Shown here: piece by piece, positions 55,201 through 63,688 of the stretch
How positions within the stretch are numbered: position 1 is the first letter of the stretch
Layout: every line of letters starts with the position of its first letter
Origin: an uncultured Gemmatimonadota bacterium
GTDB lineage: Bacteria; GCA-2686955
Direction of reading: 5' to 3'
DNA: 64,000 nucleotides
NCBI GenBank assembly: GCA_964490075.1
Contig: CAZBBK010000016.1
Location: 1-64,000, forward strand
The notes under the pieces: model-generated
Database searches by the model: none
The model's input: only the letters and a program-made list of their open reading frames with translations
What the model was told of the DNA's origin: nothing
Program-made: the position numbers and the translations under genes

Positions 55201-56548
55201 GGCGACGCGAGCCTGCGCGGCGGAGCTGGCATGCACCGGGCTCTCGGATCTGAGCTTTCGGCCGCTCTGCGGCTGCGACTTCGACGGCCACAAAGCGCCT
55301 TTCGCCGAATCGGTGCAGGAGATGGAGCGGCTGCGCGGCGAGATCGAGGAAGCGCTCGGGGGGTTTTTCGCGCGCGGCGAGGCGCGCGAGCGGACCGCGG
55401 AACTGGTGCGTGAGGGGATCGACGATCACCCCGAGCTCATCGCCTACGTCGACGGGAATCGACCCTACCCCGGCACCAGCGACTTGAAGCGCTTTGACCG
55501 CCACCTGGCGGGACTCGATCTGGTGCACCCGGTCGACGCGGCGGAGCTCAGCCGGCGCCTCGGCGAGCGCACCTGGTCCAAGAAAGCGCTGCAGGACGAG
55601 CTGGTGCGCTGGATCGAGCACCTGCCGGGCGAGCGGCTGCGCTTTCACGACCCGCGCTCGGCGAATGAGCGTCTCGAGCTCGTCCGCTGGTGTACCGAGC
55701 AGGCGCTGCGTGGCGGAACCGCTCTGCCCACGGGCCTCGAGGGCGAGCCGCTCGCCGAGGTCGCCGAGCTGCTACGACCGGAGTGGGTCGGCCGCCGTGC
55801 CCTCGGCCGAATCGACGAGCTGGGGCTGGGCGTCGAGGCCGAGAACCGGATCCTCGACTGGCTGCTGAGCGGCACCCTGGCGCCTCCCGCGCGCGCCAAA
55901 CGCACGCCCCTGGTCGAGGCGGCCTGCGATCTGGCCCAGCCCGCCGCGGCCGCCACCGCAGGCGCGCGAGTCCGGCTGCTCCAGACCCTCTACCGCCACC
56001 ACGCGCGCCTCGACCCGCTGGCGGGAGAACGGTGGCTGGAGCATCTCGACGAGGTCGCACAGCGCCCTCTCGACCCAGAGCCACCGCCCCTCACCGAGAT
56101 CCTGCGCGAGCACCAAGACGCCACCTGGATCGTGGTCGACGCCATGGGCGCGGTGCTCTTCGAGGGTTTGGCCGACCAGCTCGGCGCCTGGTTCCCGGCC
56201 TGGCGCGCCGAGCCGCCGGAGAACGGCCTGGCACCGGTGAAGAGCACCACCGACGCCTGGTACCGTGCGCTGATCGACGAAGGTCTGGTCCACACCCTCG
56301 AGAAAATCGACTGCATCGACGCCCTGATCCACGAGCGCTTCCCGGAGCTCGACGACCTGGTGCGCCTGGCCGCCGCCGAGCTCGGAATCGCGCTGCGCGG
56401 GATCGTGCCGCGCCTCGATCCCGGCCGCCCCCTCCTGCTCTGTGCCGACCACGGCTTTCGCATCCGCCGCGACGGGCGCGGCTTCAGCCACGGCGGGAGC
56501 TCCGTCGCGGAGCGCTTGGTGGCGGTGACCTTGTTGCGGCCGCGCTGA
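52238..56548 (+). CDS. BrxC/DUF6079-like P-loop ATPase fused to a C-terminal PglZ-like (alkaline phosphatase superfamily) domain
   Basis: GPYGSGKSH, LVLVLDELSEFLRSK, FLQFLGE, AALQE, KIRDRY, IYPLHP; Cys cluster CTGLSDLSFRPLCGCDF; C-terminal VVDAMG, CADHGF, SHGGSSVAE. Confidence 0.82.
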   Translation: MSPSTAGPAAAPIRRWIEVRAHPTVVRLSNLDEAWITEAYHLTRDVENHLEALRKVLARPQGTGVFLIGPYGSGKSHFLAYLTRALRSAALRDVPPAVEPVSLLNFPAELGLERIVGDALDIDPAPGDRRPLWRALQARHPQGLVLVLDELSEFLRSKPDARRFNEDVRFLQFLGEWAMGNPFWIVAALQEQIEHTGEIDRALYRKIRDRYPLRFLLGPSHLRDLIGAAILVRKEGFAEALQQIEVRLDQALPGLGPDAAALRQIYPLHPATIDFLEAIRDRFSQERGAVDFVCAQLAGRPERGIASFLDRPWGDFITPERIVDHFRDLLDVQSEFLPIAQRVFPHYRKEMQTLFPVKARAELAERLLKLLILAHLTPDHDALSAEQAAQWLMIRVSVSDPEKNVAIATALLDELAQRGRFVRAVDGKFRLDLDDDEIAALERAIASERAELGEGVPTLFAEVVPELAARAYAPFDLPWEEWQSRRFRWHFHERHFAVYVGDNSPPRAPDLGFALCIRPPWGSSEPAAGIFTLVPAEVPPGPELAELAVLRRVGRRSWAAPASERLRGRIEECCQALSTRVRHAYLDARLSGPRGDRVPVQRGDATTSERWLEGLAEQMARALFPAFERFAPKEGPLPKHSYIELARFAAGHDLVEETTSEAVSVVRDGYWVPMGLLERKGTGYRIPTGLERNELVRLVGSRLDMEPPPQQLYKVARAPVFGLVDDQVHLLLLFLLFQGEIDLIKGRKSHGELYETLPNPLHYDRVVAGRALRPEELDELGRLMEGLKMRPPERWTVLAQRRAAERIGEIGRRTRTQLGTFAERLAKVEDGAVLAAEVRAMMKVWAALDEGSDEIAGLRHFLREIEGAERFLARMRELMALPGRIDSLLRERQRFQHLFGHCVFAEGVDAELGSALDELGEAPAIATPDELGRWIDRAGALYRRYGQDYARSHAAWWKEWREREVAWTPPPVAGSRHLGLDTQLEEWTATRACAAELACTGLSDLSFRPLCGCDFDGHKAPFAESVQEMERLRGEIEEALGGFFARGEARERTAELVREGIDDHPELIAYVDGNRPYPGTSDLKRFDRHLAGLDLVHPVDAAELSRRLGERTWSKKALQDELVRWIEHLPGERLRFHDPRSANERLELVRWCTEQALRGGTALPTGLEGEPLAEVAELLRPEWVGRRALGRIDELGLGVEAENRILDWLLSGTLAPPARAKRTPLVEAACDLAQPAAAATAGARVRLLQTLYRHHARLDPLAGERWLEHLDEVAQRPLDPEPPPLTEILREHQDATWIVVDAMGAVLFEGLADQLGAWFPAWRAEPPENGLAPVKSTTDAWYRALIDEGLVHTLEKIDCIDALIHERFPELDDLVRLAAAELGIALRGIVPRLDPGRPLLLCADHGFRIRRDGRGFSHGGSSVAERLVAVTLLRPR

Positions 56549-56600
56549 GAGGGGAGCGTGGCGGTGCCGGCCAGGCAACGAGCGGCATCGGTCTGCCCCA

Positions 56601-56753
56601 CGGTCGTCCGCGGCGCCTGAACCGGGTCAGAGGGCGGTCCTGGTCCCAACGCGGTCATGCGCGGCGCCTGAGCGAGGTCAGTGCCGGAGATCGGTCGCTT
56701 TGCGGTCATCCGCAGCGCCTGAACCGGGTCAGCGGGCGAATCCGGTCGCCTCG
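56601..56753. repeat. Three degenerate 51-bp tandem repeats
   Basis: Units at 56601, 56652 and 56703: cggtc(g/a)t(c/g)cgc(g/a)gcgcctga...ggtcag. Confidence 0.75.
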
Positions 56754-56885
56754 CGCTTCCTTGGGGCTCCGTGACCTCGCCATTGCTCCCGCCGCTGGCT
56801 GCGCCGCCGGTGGTCCCTGGTTCGTGGCGCGAGAGGGGGCAATGCTGGTGGCGCTGGACACAGGCGCTCGCCCAACCGAGCCCTC

Positions 56886-57203
56886 CTACCCCTCGGGATT
56901 CGAGCGATTGAAGGAGTAGCCGCGCACCACGCCGCGCTCGTCGAAGCGGATCACCAGGTCCTTGGTGGTGGTCTCGCCGAAGAGGCGGTACTCGTAGCGC
57001 CCGTAGGTCCAGGTCGGGTCGCCGTCCTCGATGCCGGTGCGCCAAGGTTCGCCGAAGATCACCCGCACCTCGGCCTGGGTGGTGGCGCCGATGCGCAGCG
57101 CCTGCGGTTCGGGGTCGGGGAACTCGCGCCCCACCTTGGCGCAGCTCGCGAGGGCGAGCGCCAGCCACGGCGCGACCGCCCGCCGCAACGAGTCTCGATT
57201 CAT
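56886..57203 (-). CDS. SmpA/OmlA (BamE-like) lipoprotein
   Basis: Lipobox LASC, IGATTQAEVRVIFGEP, WTY, LVIRFDERGVV. Confidence 0.8.
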   Translation of the reverse strand: MNRDSLRRAVAPWLALALASCAKVGREFPDPEPQALRIGATTQAEVRVIFGEPWRTGIEDGDPTWTYGRYEYRLFGETTTKDLVIRFDERGVVRGYSFNRSNPEG

Positions 57204-59449
57204 CAGTCACTCCTCCGGTAGAGGGCAGTCGCCGCGCCGTAGCAGAGGACGCCGGTCGCCGCGAAGGCCAGGGCACCCACCGGCACGTAGATCAGGTACA
57301 TCAGCGCATAGCCGGCGAGCGTGCCGAGCGCGTCGGCGGCCATTCCGGGCGCGACGCGCCGCTCGCTCGCCGAGGCGATCCCGAGCGGGAAGTAGACGCC
57401 GAGCAGGAGCCCACCGGGCGCCAACGCCACCAGGCCGTAGAGCTCGCGCAGCCAGGCCTGGCTCTGCTCGAAGGGGATCAGTGCGATTCCGACGAAATGC
57501 AGGACGAAGAGGCCCGCGACGAGGGCGGTGCGCGGACCGGCGGCGAGCCAGGAGCGCGGTGCGCGCACCGAGAGCCAGCTGCCCAGCGCGCCGTAGAGCA
57601 GGAAGTAGACGATCAGGCGGATGATGGTCAGTAGATCGTCGCCGAAGAATGTGCGCCAGGCGTAGAAGGCGTGGAACTGGATGATCGCGTGCCCCAGACC
57701 GACGGCGAAAAAATAGGGGATCGGGTTCCAGCCGGCGCCCCCCCGTGCCCAGCGTGAGAGCAGCACCACCAGTGCCAGCGCCAGCGCCACCGCGCCGCCC
57801 GCCACCTCGAGCAGGAGCCGGCGATCCGGATCCGACATCGACACCCAGCCGACAAAGGGGGTGTTGTCGCCGAGCTGGAACTCTACCCAGGCGGGCTCGG
57901 GCCGCGGATCCCAGTCGGTGGCGACCTCCGCGGGCAGGGCGGCGGCGCCAACGCGCGCCATCCAGGCATCGAGACCGGCGCGGGTGGGACTGGCGAAGAC
58001 CGTCAGGTCGTCGAGGGTGCCGGAGCGCAGCACCTGCACCGGCGCCCCCAGCGCTCGCAGCGACTCGAGCACCTGGTAGGGCACCAGGCGGTGGTCGGGA
58101 CTGTCGCCGGTGCGCGAGAACTCGATGGCCAGCAGGCCGTCGGGCGCCAGCTTCTCGATGCAGGTCGCGAGCGCCTCGCGGGTATAGAGGTAGTGAGGCG
58201 TGGTCACCGGCAGCATCGAGTGCGGCGGCTGGTAGCGGCTCGACTCCATGACGATCGCGTCCAGCGGCTCGGTCTGGATCTCGATGGCGTGGCGGCCGTC
58301 GGCGATCAGGAAGTCGATGTCCTCGAAGATATGGTCGCAGTCCTGGGGCTGAACGCGGCTGAAGTAACGCGCCGCGGCCGGGTCGCGCTCCACGGCGATG
58401 ACGCGCTCATCGGGCCGGAAGGGGAGCCGGGTGAAGCTGCGGCCGGAGCCGACGCCGGAGAAGAGCAAGCGCTGGCTAGGCTCGAAGCTGGTGTAAAGCA
58501 GGGTGCGCACGATCATCCCGGTGCCCGAGGTGGAGCCGCGCCGGCGCAGCTCCTCGGAGCTCTGGGTTTCGCGCAGGGTGTAGGGACGGAAGAGGTACTG
58601 GCGCTTGAGGTTGTACAGGACCAACAGACGCCGGGCGCCGACCGGCACGATGCGTACCTGGCCGTAGCGGCTCCAGCCTTCGTAGACCGGGGAGTACATC
58701 TGGTCGAGCAGGCCACGGGTGACGTCGTCGGAGAGATTGCCCTCGGCGCCGATTCCGACCGTCTGCCCCTGCTCCCAGCTCTCCAGCCGCCGCAGTCCCT
58801 CGAGGCGCTGCTCCAGGCGCGTCGGAGCGACGGCGAGCAGCAGCAGAGGCAGCACCAGCAGGCTGCGGCGCGGCAGCAAGAGAAAGGCCAGTCCGCTGGC
58901 CAGGAGCAGCGCATTGGGGCCGACGTGCACGATCGCCGGCTGGGTCGCCAGGTAGCCGATCACGATGCCGGCCAGGTGCAGCGCCCAGCCCAACCCCACC
59001 GCGCGCGCCGAATCGCCGCGCACCCGCTGCAAAGTGCCCGCGAGTGCCATGCCCAGCGCCAGGAACCAGGTGCCGAGCGAGCCGGCGTGGGCCACGCCGG
59101 CCCAGGTCAGCGAGGCCAGATCGTTGACCAGGAAGTTGGCGCGCAGCACCGCCCAGAGAAAGACCAGCAGCGCCGCCCCCGCGACCCGCAAGGGCCAGGC
59201 ACCGAGCGCCGGCCCCGGCCATACGCGAGCCAGTGCCGCCCCCAACCCCATCAGCGCCAGCGCCAGGGGGTAGAGGAAAAGCACCAGCGATTGGATCAGC
59301 GCGCCGTGGTGGGTGAGCGTGATCGAGAACTCGAGCGAGAGCGGCAGATGCAGAAGCCCCAGCGCCAGTCCGATGTGGAACAGGGTCTGGTGACTTCGCC
59401 CGCGGCTCGGGGCATACCCCCCAGCGGTCGCGCTGCTACCTGATTTCAT
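57203..59449 (-). CDS. Membrane protein with central spermidine-synthase-like (SAM-dependent fold) domain
   Basis: N- and C-terminal TM bundles; WSRYGQV, GVGSG, AVERDP, IADGRH, YLYTREA, LAPDG. Confidence 0.8.
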   Translation of the reverse strand: MKSGSSATAGGYAPSRGRSHQTLFHIGLALGLLHLPLSLEFSITLTHHGALIQSLVLFLYPLALALMGLGAALARVWPGPALGAWPLRVAGAALLVFLWAVLRANFLVNDLASLTWAGVAHAGSLGTWFLALGMALAGTLQRVRGDSARAVGLGWALHLAGIVIGYLATQPAIVHVGPNALLLASGLAFLLLPRRSLLVLPLLLLAVAPTRLEQRLEGLRRLESWEQGQTVGIGAEGNLSDDVTRGLLDQMYSPVYEGWSRYGQVRIVPVGARRLLVLYNLKRQYLFRPYTLRETQSSEELRRRGSTSGTGMIVRTLLYTSFEPSQRLLFSGVGSGRSFTRLPFRPDERVIAVERDPAAARYFSRVQPQDCDHIFEDIDFLIADGRHAIEIQTEPLDAIVMESSRYQPPHSMLPVTTPHYLYTREALATCIEKLAPDGLLAIEFSRTGDSPDHRLVPYQVLESLRALGAPVQVLRSGTLDDLTVFASPTRAGLDAWMARVGAAALPAEVATDWDPRPEPAWVEFQLGDNTPFVGWVSMSDPDRRLLLEVAGGAVALALALVVLLSRWARGGAGWNPIPYFFAVGLGHAIIQFHAFYAWRTFFGDDLLTIIRLIVYFLLYGALGSWLSVRAPRSWLAAGPRTALVAGLFVLHFVGIALIPFEQSQAWLRELYGLVALAPGGLLLGVYFPLGIASASERRVAPGMAADALGTLAGYALMYLIYVPVGALAFAATGVLCYGAATALYRRSD

Positions 59450-59624
59450 GGCCGCTCATTCTACGGATTTGTTCGAATTGAGTGGTAGACGTCAGTCGAT
59501 ATGGAGCATATCGTTAGAGAAATCGGTGTTTGGAGTTGCCGGGCCGGCGTATGGCAAGCGCGAGATGTGCCGCCAGGAAGCGCAGGGCGGACTCCTAACC
59601 GCGAGGAAGGCTGGAGAAGACCCC

Positions 59625-60047
59625 ATGATCCTCCGTCCATTGTCACTGGTCGCCGTGCTCGTGCTCCCCACGCTCGCCTTCGGCGCGCGGGATCTTCGCT
59701 TCCCGCTCACCGTTCAGCGGGTCATGGACCGCCTCGACACCAACTCGGATCAGGTGTTGGACGCCACCGAGTACCAGCGCATTACACGTGGCTCGATCAA
59801 GTTCGAAAAGGCCGATCTCGACGCCAACGGCTCCATCTCGATGGTGGAGCTCGAGTCGCTGCTGATCGACACGTCGCCGCTGACCGGCGGTCTCGATCCG
59901 ATCGTGCACACACCCGTGCAGGCCTACCTGCCCGGCGACAGCGCCCAGACCTTCCGGCCACCGGTCTCCACGGAGTGGCCGAAGCCGGGTCCGGTTCAAG
60001 ACCAGACCGAAGAAGCGCAGCAGACCGACGAAGTCCCCGAAGCGTAG
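59625..60047 (+). CDS. Secreted EF-hand protein
   Basis: DTNSDQVLDATE and DLDANGSISMVE; signal peptide; GGAG upstream. Confidence 0.75.
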   Translation: MILRPLSLVAVLVLPTLAFGARDLRFPLTVQRVMDRLDTNSDQVLDATEYQRITRGSIKFEKADLDANGSISMVELESLLIDTSPLTGGLDPIVHTPVQAYLPGDSAQTFRPPVSTEWPKPGPVQDQTEEAQQTDEVPEA

Positions 60048-60057
60048 CCGCACCAAA

Positions 60058-61596
60058 GTGCGCGCTCGTTTCGGCTCTGCCGGGCGCATCGCTGGAGCGA
60101 TGCTCGCCCTGTCGGTGTGGACGGGCGCGGGCTGTACGGGGGACGCAGGTAGCGGGGGCGAAGCGGTGGAGCGCCGCCCCAACGTCATCCTGATTTCGAT
60201 CGACGGCCTGCGTTACGACCGTACCAGCCTGGCGGGCAATCCGAACGATCCCACTCCCTCGTTGGTCGCGTTTGCCCAGAACGCGATCCAGTTTCCACTG
60301 GCCTTCAGCCAGTCGAACGAGTCCCTGCTCTCCCACGCCGCCCTGCTGACGGGTCGCTACGCGTCGGAGATCTCGCGCCCCAACTACGAGACCTTCATCG
60401 TCGACGACGGTGAGCTAGTGCTGCCCGAGATCCTGCGACGCTACGGCTACCGCACCGGCGCCTTCGTCGGCGGCGGCCACGTCAAGGGGGTGTTCGGCTT
60501 CGCCCAGGGCTTCGACCTCTTCTGGGAGACCGAGGCTCCCTTCGGGTCGCTGCGAGAGGCGACCTTGGCGGCGATGAACTGGATCGACGAGATCCCGATC
60601 GGCCAACCCTTCTTCGCCTTCGTGCACGGCTACGACTGCCACCGTCCATACCTGCACCAGGGGATCTTCCACCATCCCTTCGGGCAGACCTATCGCGGCG
60701 TCGCCGACACCATCGCGCACGACCGCAACGCCACCGAGCGGATCTACGGCGGCACATACTACCCGGGCCTCGACTTCCCGCGCATCTGGCACGCGGTGGG
60801 CGAGAAGATGCTCGACCCGCGCATCTATCAGACCGATCCGCAGGCCTTCGAGTCACTGGCCCGAGGCGCCCCGCAGAAGCTCTCCGACGAGGATCTCGGG
60901 CATATCTTCGACCACTACGATTCGGGCGCCTTCGCGGCCGATACCTACGTCGGCTTCTTCCTGGAGTGGCTCGAGTACAGCGGTGCGCTGAACAACTCGA
61001 TCGTGGTGATCACCTCGGACCACGGCGAGGATCTGCAGACCCACGGCTTCACCAACCACCGCGCGGTGCTCTTCGATTCGACCACACGGGTTCCGCTGCT
61101 GCTCGGCGGCGGCGCTCTGCCCCGCGACTGGCGCGGCACGATCAACCGCGAGCTGGTGTCGGCGATCGACGTGCTGCCGACCATCTGCGAAGCGGTCGAC
61201 GTGCGCGGGCCGGCCAGTCAACGCGGCCGCAGCCTGTGGCGCGATCCGAGCGCGGCCAGCGCGGAGCCGCCCACGGTGTTTCAGGAGGGGGTGCTGGGGC
61301 AGGTGTCAGCGCGCACCACGGAGCACCGCCTGGTGTTCGCCGGTCCCTCGCTGATGGAGTCCGACTACTTGCTGCAGCTGGTGCGGGAGCCGTCCGCCTG
61401 TGAGCGAATCTCCCTATTCCACAGCGCCGAGGATCCGCACGAGCAGCGCGACATCGCCAACATCGAGCCGGAGCTGACCGAGGAGATTCGCCGCCAGCTC
61501 GTGGAATGGCGGCTCGGCCTGGAGCTGAGCGCTGATCCCGGCGCCGAACCCCCGGCGGAGGTGCGCGAAGCGCTGCGCGAGCGCGGGTACTGGTAG
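60058..61596 (+). CDS. Sulfatase-family hydrolase, probable lipoprotein
   Basis: RPNVILISIDGLRYD, GYRTGAF, FVHGYDCH, TSDHGE, RVPL, DVLPT. Confidence 0.88.
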   Translation: MRARFGSAGRIAGAMLALSVWTGAGCTGDAGSGGEAVERRPNVILISIDGLRYDRTSLAGNPNDPTPSLVAFAQNAIQFPLAFSQSNESLLSHAALLTGRYASEISRPNYETFIVDDGELVLPEILRRYGYRTGAFVGGGHVKGVFGFAQGFDLFWETEAPFGSLREATLAAMNWIDEIPIGQPFFAFVHGYDCHRPYLHQGIFHHPFGQTYRGVADTIAHDRNATERIYGGTYYPGLDFPRIWHAVGEKMLDPRIYQTDPQAFESLARGAPQKLSDEDLGHIFDHYDSGAFAADTYVGFFLEWLEYSGALNNSIVVITSDHGEDLQTHGFTNHRAVLFDSTTRVPLLLGGGALPRDWRGTINRELVSAIDVLPTICEAVDVRGPASQRGRSLWRDPSAASAEPPTVFQEGVLGQVSARTTEHRLVFAGPSLMESDYLLQLVREPSACERISLFHSAEDPHEQRDIANIEPELTEEIRRQLVEWRLGLELSADPGAEPPAEVREALRERGYW

Positions 61597-61729
61597 CGCA
61601 CCGACCGCCTTCGTCCTGCTCGAGCGGATTCGCCCGCAAAAAGGCGCGACCCCCGGGGCGACCATCTCGATTACAATTGGCCTTCAGGGCTGAGAGTCGG
61701 GATTCCTTCTCCACAGAAGAGGAGGCGCC

Positions 61730-63244
61730 ATGGGGTGCTTCGAACAGTCCCGCCGGACCGAAAGTCCCGCGGCGATCCGAATCGGCGCCTGCGCCGCCGC
61801 CTGCGCCTGGATACTGGGCTCCTCCGCGCCGGCCGCCAATCTGAACGAGACCATCGTAGCGGCCCAGGGGGCGGTGGGCTACCTCGAGGCGGCGTTGATC
61901 GATCCGCCGGAGAGCGGAGGCGATCGCTGGGGGGTCTTCGAGGGCTTCGAGATCGGCGGCGACGGCTTCGTGGGCGGATGGGAGCTGCCGGGCAGCTACG
62001 CCGCCGCCGGCCGCGCGCTGCTGCAGGCCTACGTGCTGGCCGGCGACCCGGACCTCTTCGACGAGGCCGAGGCGGTGGCCGCCTACCTGCTCGACAACCA
62101 GAACCGGGCCGTGACCTACCTGACCGACTGGGGTTTCGCCCCCGGCGGTGTGCTGGTGGTCGAGGGGGGCAATCCCACCTTCTACACCGCCCACCAGGCA
62201 CGGGTCGCCCTCTTCCTGGTCGAGATGTACGGCGCGACCCTCGACCCGACCTATCTCGACGCCGCCAGCGACATCGCAGCCTTCGCATCGGCCGAGATGC
62301 TTTCCGACGAGATCGGCACGCCGAACGAGGGGGGCTATGTCTACACCCAGGACATCTCGCGCCTGGTCTGGCCCTGGATGTTCGTGGTCGGCTACTCGGA
62401 GGCCGAGATGGCCTTGGCGCTCTCGCGACTGGAACCGCACGGGCTGCGGGCCGAGGATTGGGCCGAGCTGCTGACGGTGGCCGACCATCTCGATTCGGTG
62501 CAGCAGGATGCGGACGGGGGAATCTACTGGACCAACCGCGACCTCGACCGCAACCCGCTGGGAAGCGACGCGCGCGCCGGGATCGCCGCGGCGCCGCTGC
62601 GCGAGGCGGGGTTGCGCGGCGCGGCGGGCGAGGTCGACGCCTGGCTCGAAGCGCAGCAAGCGCTGGACGGCGGCTTCTACAGTCCCCAGCCGCTGATCGA
62701 TTCGAGCGACCTGACGCGTGAGAACGCCTACGCCGTTCGCGCGCTGCTCGACGCCGGCTACGATCCGGACGGCGGCGTGCTCGACCTGGCCACCGATTGG
62801 CTGGTCGCCGCACAGCTCCCGGACGGCTCCTTCCCGATCCTGGGCGGAGACTTCGCGGGCGACGACGACGCGAGCTCGGCCGCCGCGCTGGCGATCATGG
62901 CGGCGCTCGGCGGCGGATGCGCGGTGACACCGCTGGTGGAGGAGGGCTACGAAGTGGCGCAGGGCGGCACGGTGGAGTTCACCGCGACGCTGTGGAACCA
63001 CGGCCCCTTCCAGGCGTCGACCCAGGCCTGGTACGAGGTGGTGCTCCCGAACGACAGCGCGGTGACGATCGGTCCGGCCCCGGTTCTGATCGGCGCGCGC
63101 AGCAGCGTCGTGGCGCCGGTCGCGGTGCCGATCCCGCTCGGCGCGCCGCTCGGCGACTACTTCCTGCGCCTGCACTGCGGCAGTTTGGCACCGCTCGCCG
63201 TCGACGATCGGGACGTGTTCCGCTTCCAAGTCATCTCTCCCTGA
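61730..63244 (+). CDS. Secreted alpha/alpha-toroid (prenyltransferase/squalene-oxidase-repeat-like) protein with C-terminal Ig-like domain
   Basis: YLLDNQ, QQDADGG, WLEAQQALDGGF, WLVAAQLPDGSF repeats; GAGGAGG RBS. Confidence 0.8.
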   Translation: MGCFEQSRRTESPAAIRIGACAAACAWILGSSAPAANLNETIVAAQGAVGYLEAALIDPPESGGDRWGVFEGFEIGGDGFVGGWELPGSYAAAGRALLQAYVLAGDPDLFDEAEAVAAYLLDNQNRAVTYLTDWGFAPGGVLVVEGGNPTFYTAHQARVALFLVEMYGATLDPTYLDAASDIAAFASAEMLSDEIGTPNEGGYVYTQDISRLVWPWMFVVGYSEAEMALALSRLEPHGLRAEDWAELLTVADHLDSVQQDADGGIYWTNRDLDRNPLGSDARAGIAAAPLREAGLRGAAGEVDAWLEAQQALDGGFYSPQPLIDSSDLTRENAYAVRALLDAGYDPDGGVLDLATDWLVAAQLPDGSFPILGGDFAGDDDASSAAALAIMAALGGGCAVTPLVEEGYEVAQGGTVEFTATLWNHGPFQASTQAWYEVVLPNDSAVTIGPAPVLIGARSSVVAPVAVPIPLGAPLGDYFLRLHCGSLAPLAVDDRDVFRFQVISP

Positions 63245-63298
63245 TTCAGCACCCCGTCGACCGTCTCGGTTCGGCGAGGCGGCGGCCCCGTCGCTGGT

Positions 63299-63625
63299 CC
63301 AATCCCGCGCGCATGGGCTGCTCCGCGCCACACGCGGGATTGAGCTGCCGCGAAGCGGCCAGCCCCATTCCCGCCCGCATGGGCTGCTCCGCGCCACACG
63401 CGGGATTGAGCTGCCGCGAAGCGGCCAGCCNNNNNNNNNNNNNNNNNNNNNNNNNNNNNNNNNNNNNNNNNNNNNNNNNNNNNNNNNNNNNNNNNNNNNN
63501 NNNNNNNNNNNNNNNNNNNNNNNNNNNNNNCCGCATGGGCTGCTCCGCGCCACACGCGGGATTGAGCTGCCGCGAAGCGGCCAGCTCCAATCCCGCTCGC
63601 ATGGGCTGCTCCGCAGCCCATGCGC
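63299..63625. repeat. 66-bp tandem palindromic (REP/BIME-like) array spanning an assembly gap
   Basis: Units at 63301 and 63367 and again after the N run; each has aatcccgcg...cgcgggatt arms and a gcgaagc hairpin. Confidence 0.85.
63431..63530. other. Scaffold gap (100 N)
   Basis: Run of N inside the repeat array. Confidence 1.
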
Positions 63626-63688
63626 AGTTATGATTGCGGGTGAGCCCGATCCGTAGGGTCACGTGCACACCTCACAAGGGAGGCGAAG

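Noticed and set aside
52238-56548. Complete canonical BREX system
   Set aside because: No methyltransferase, PAPS reductase, brxA/B/F/L or helicase gene nearby in this window
63299-63625. CRISPR array
   Set aside because: Whole 66-bp units repeat with no unique spacers, and no cas genes are present
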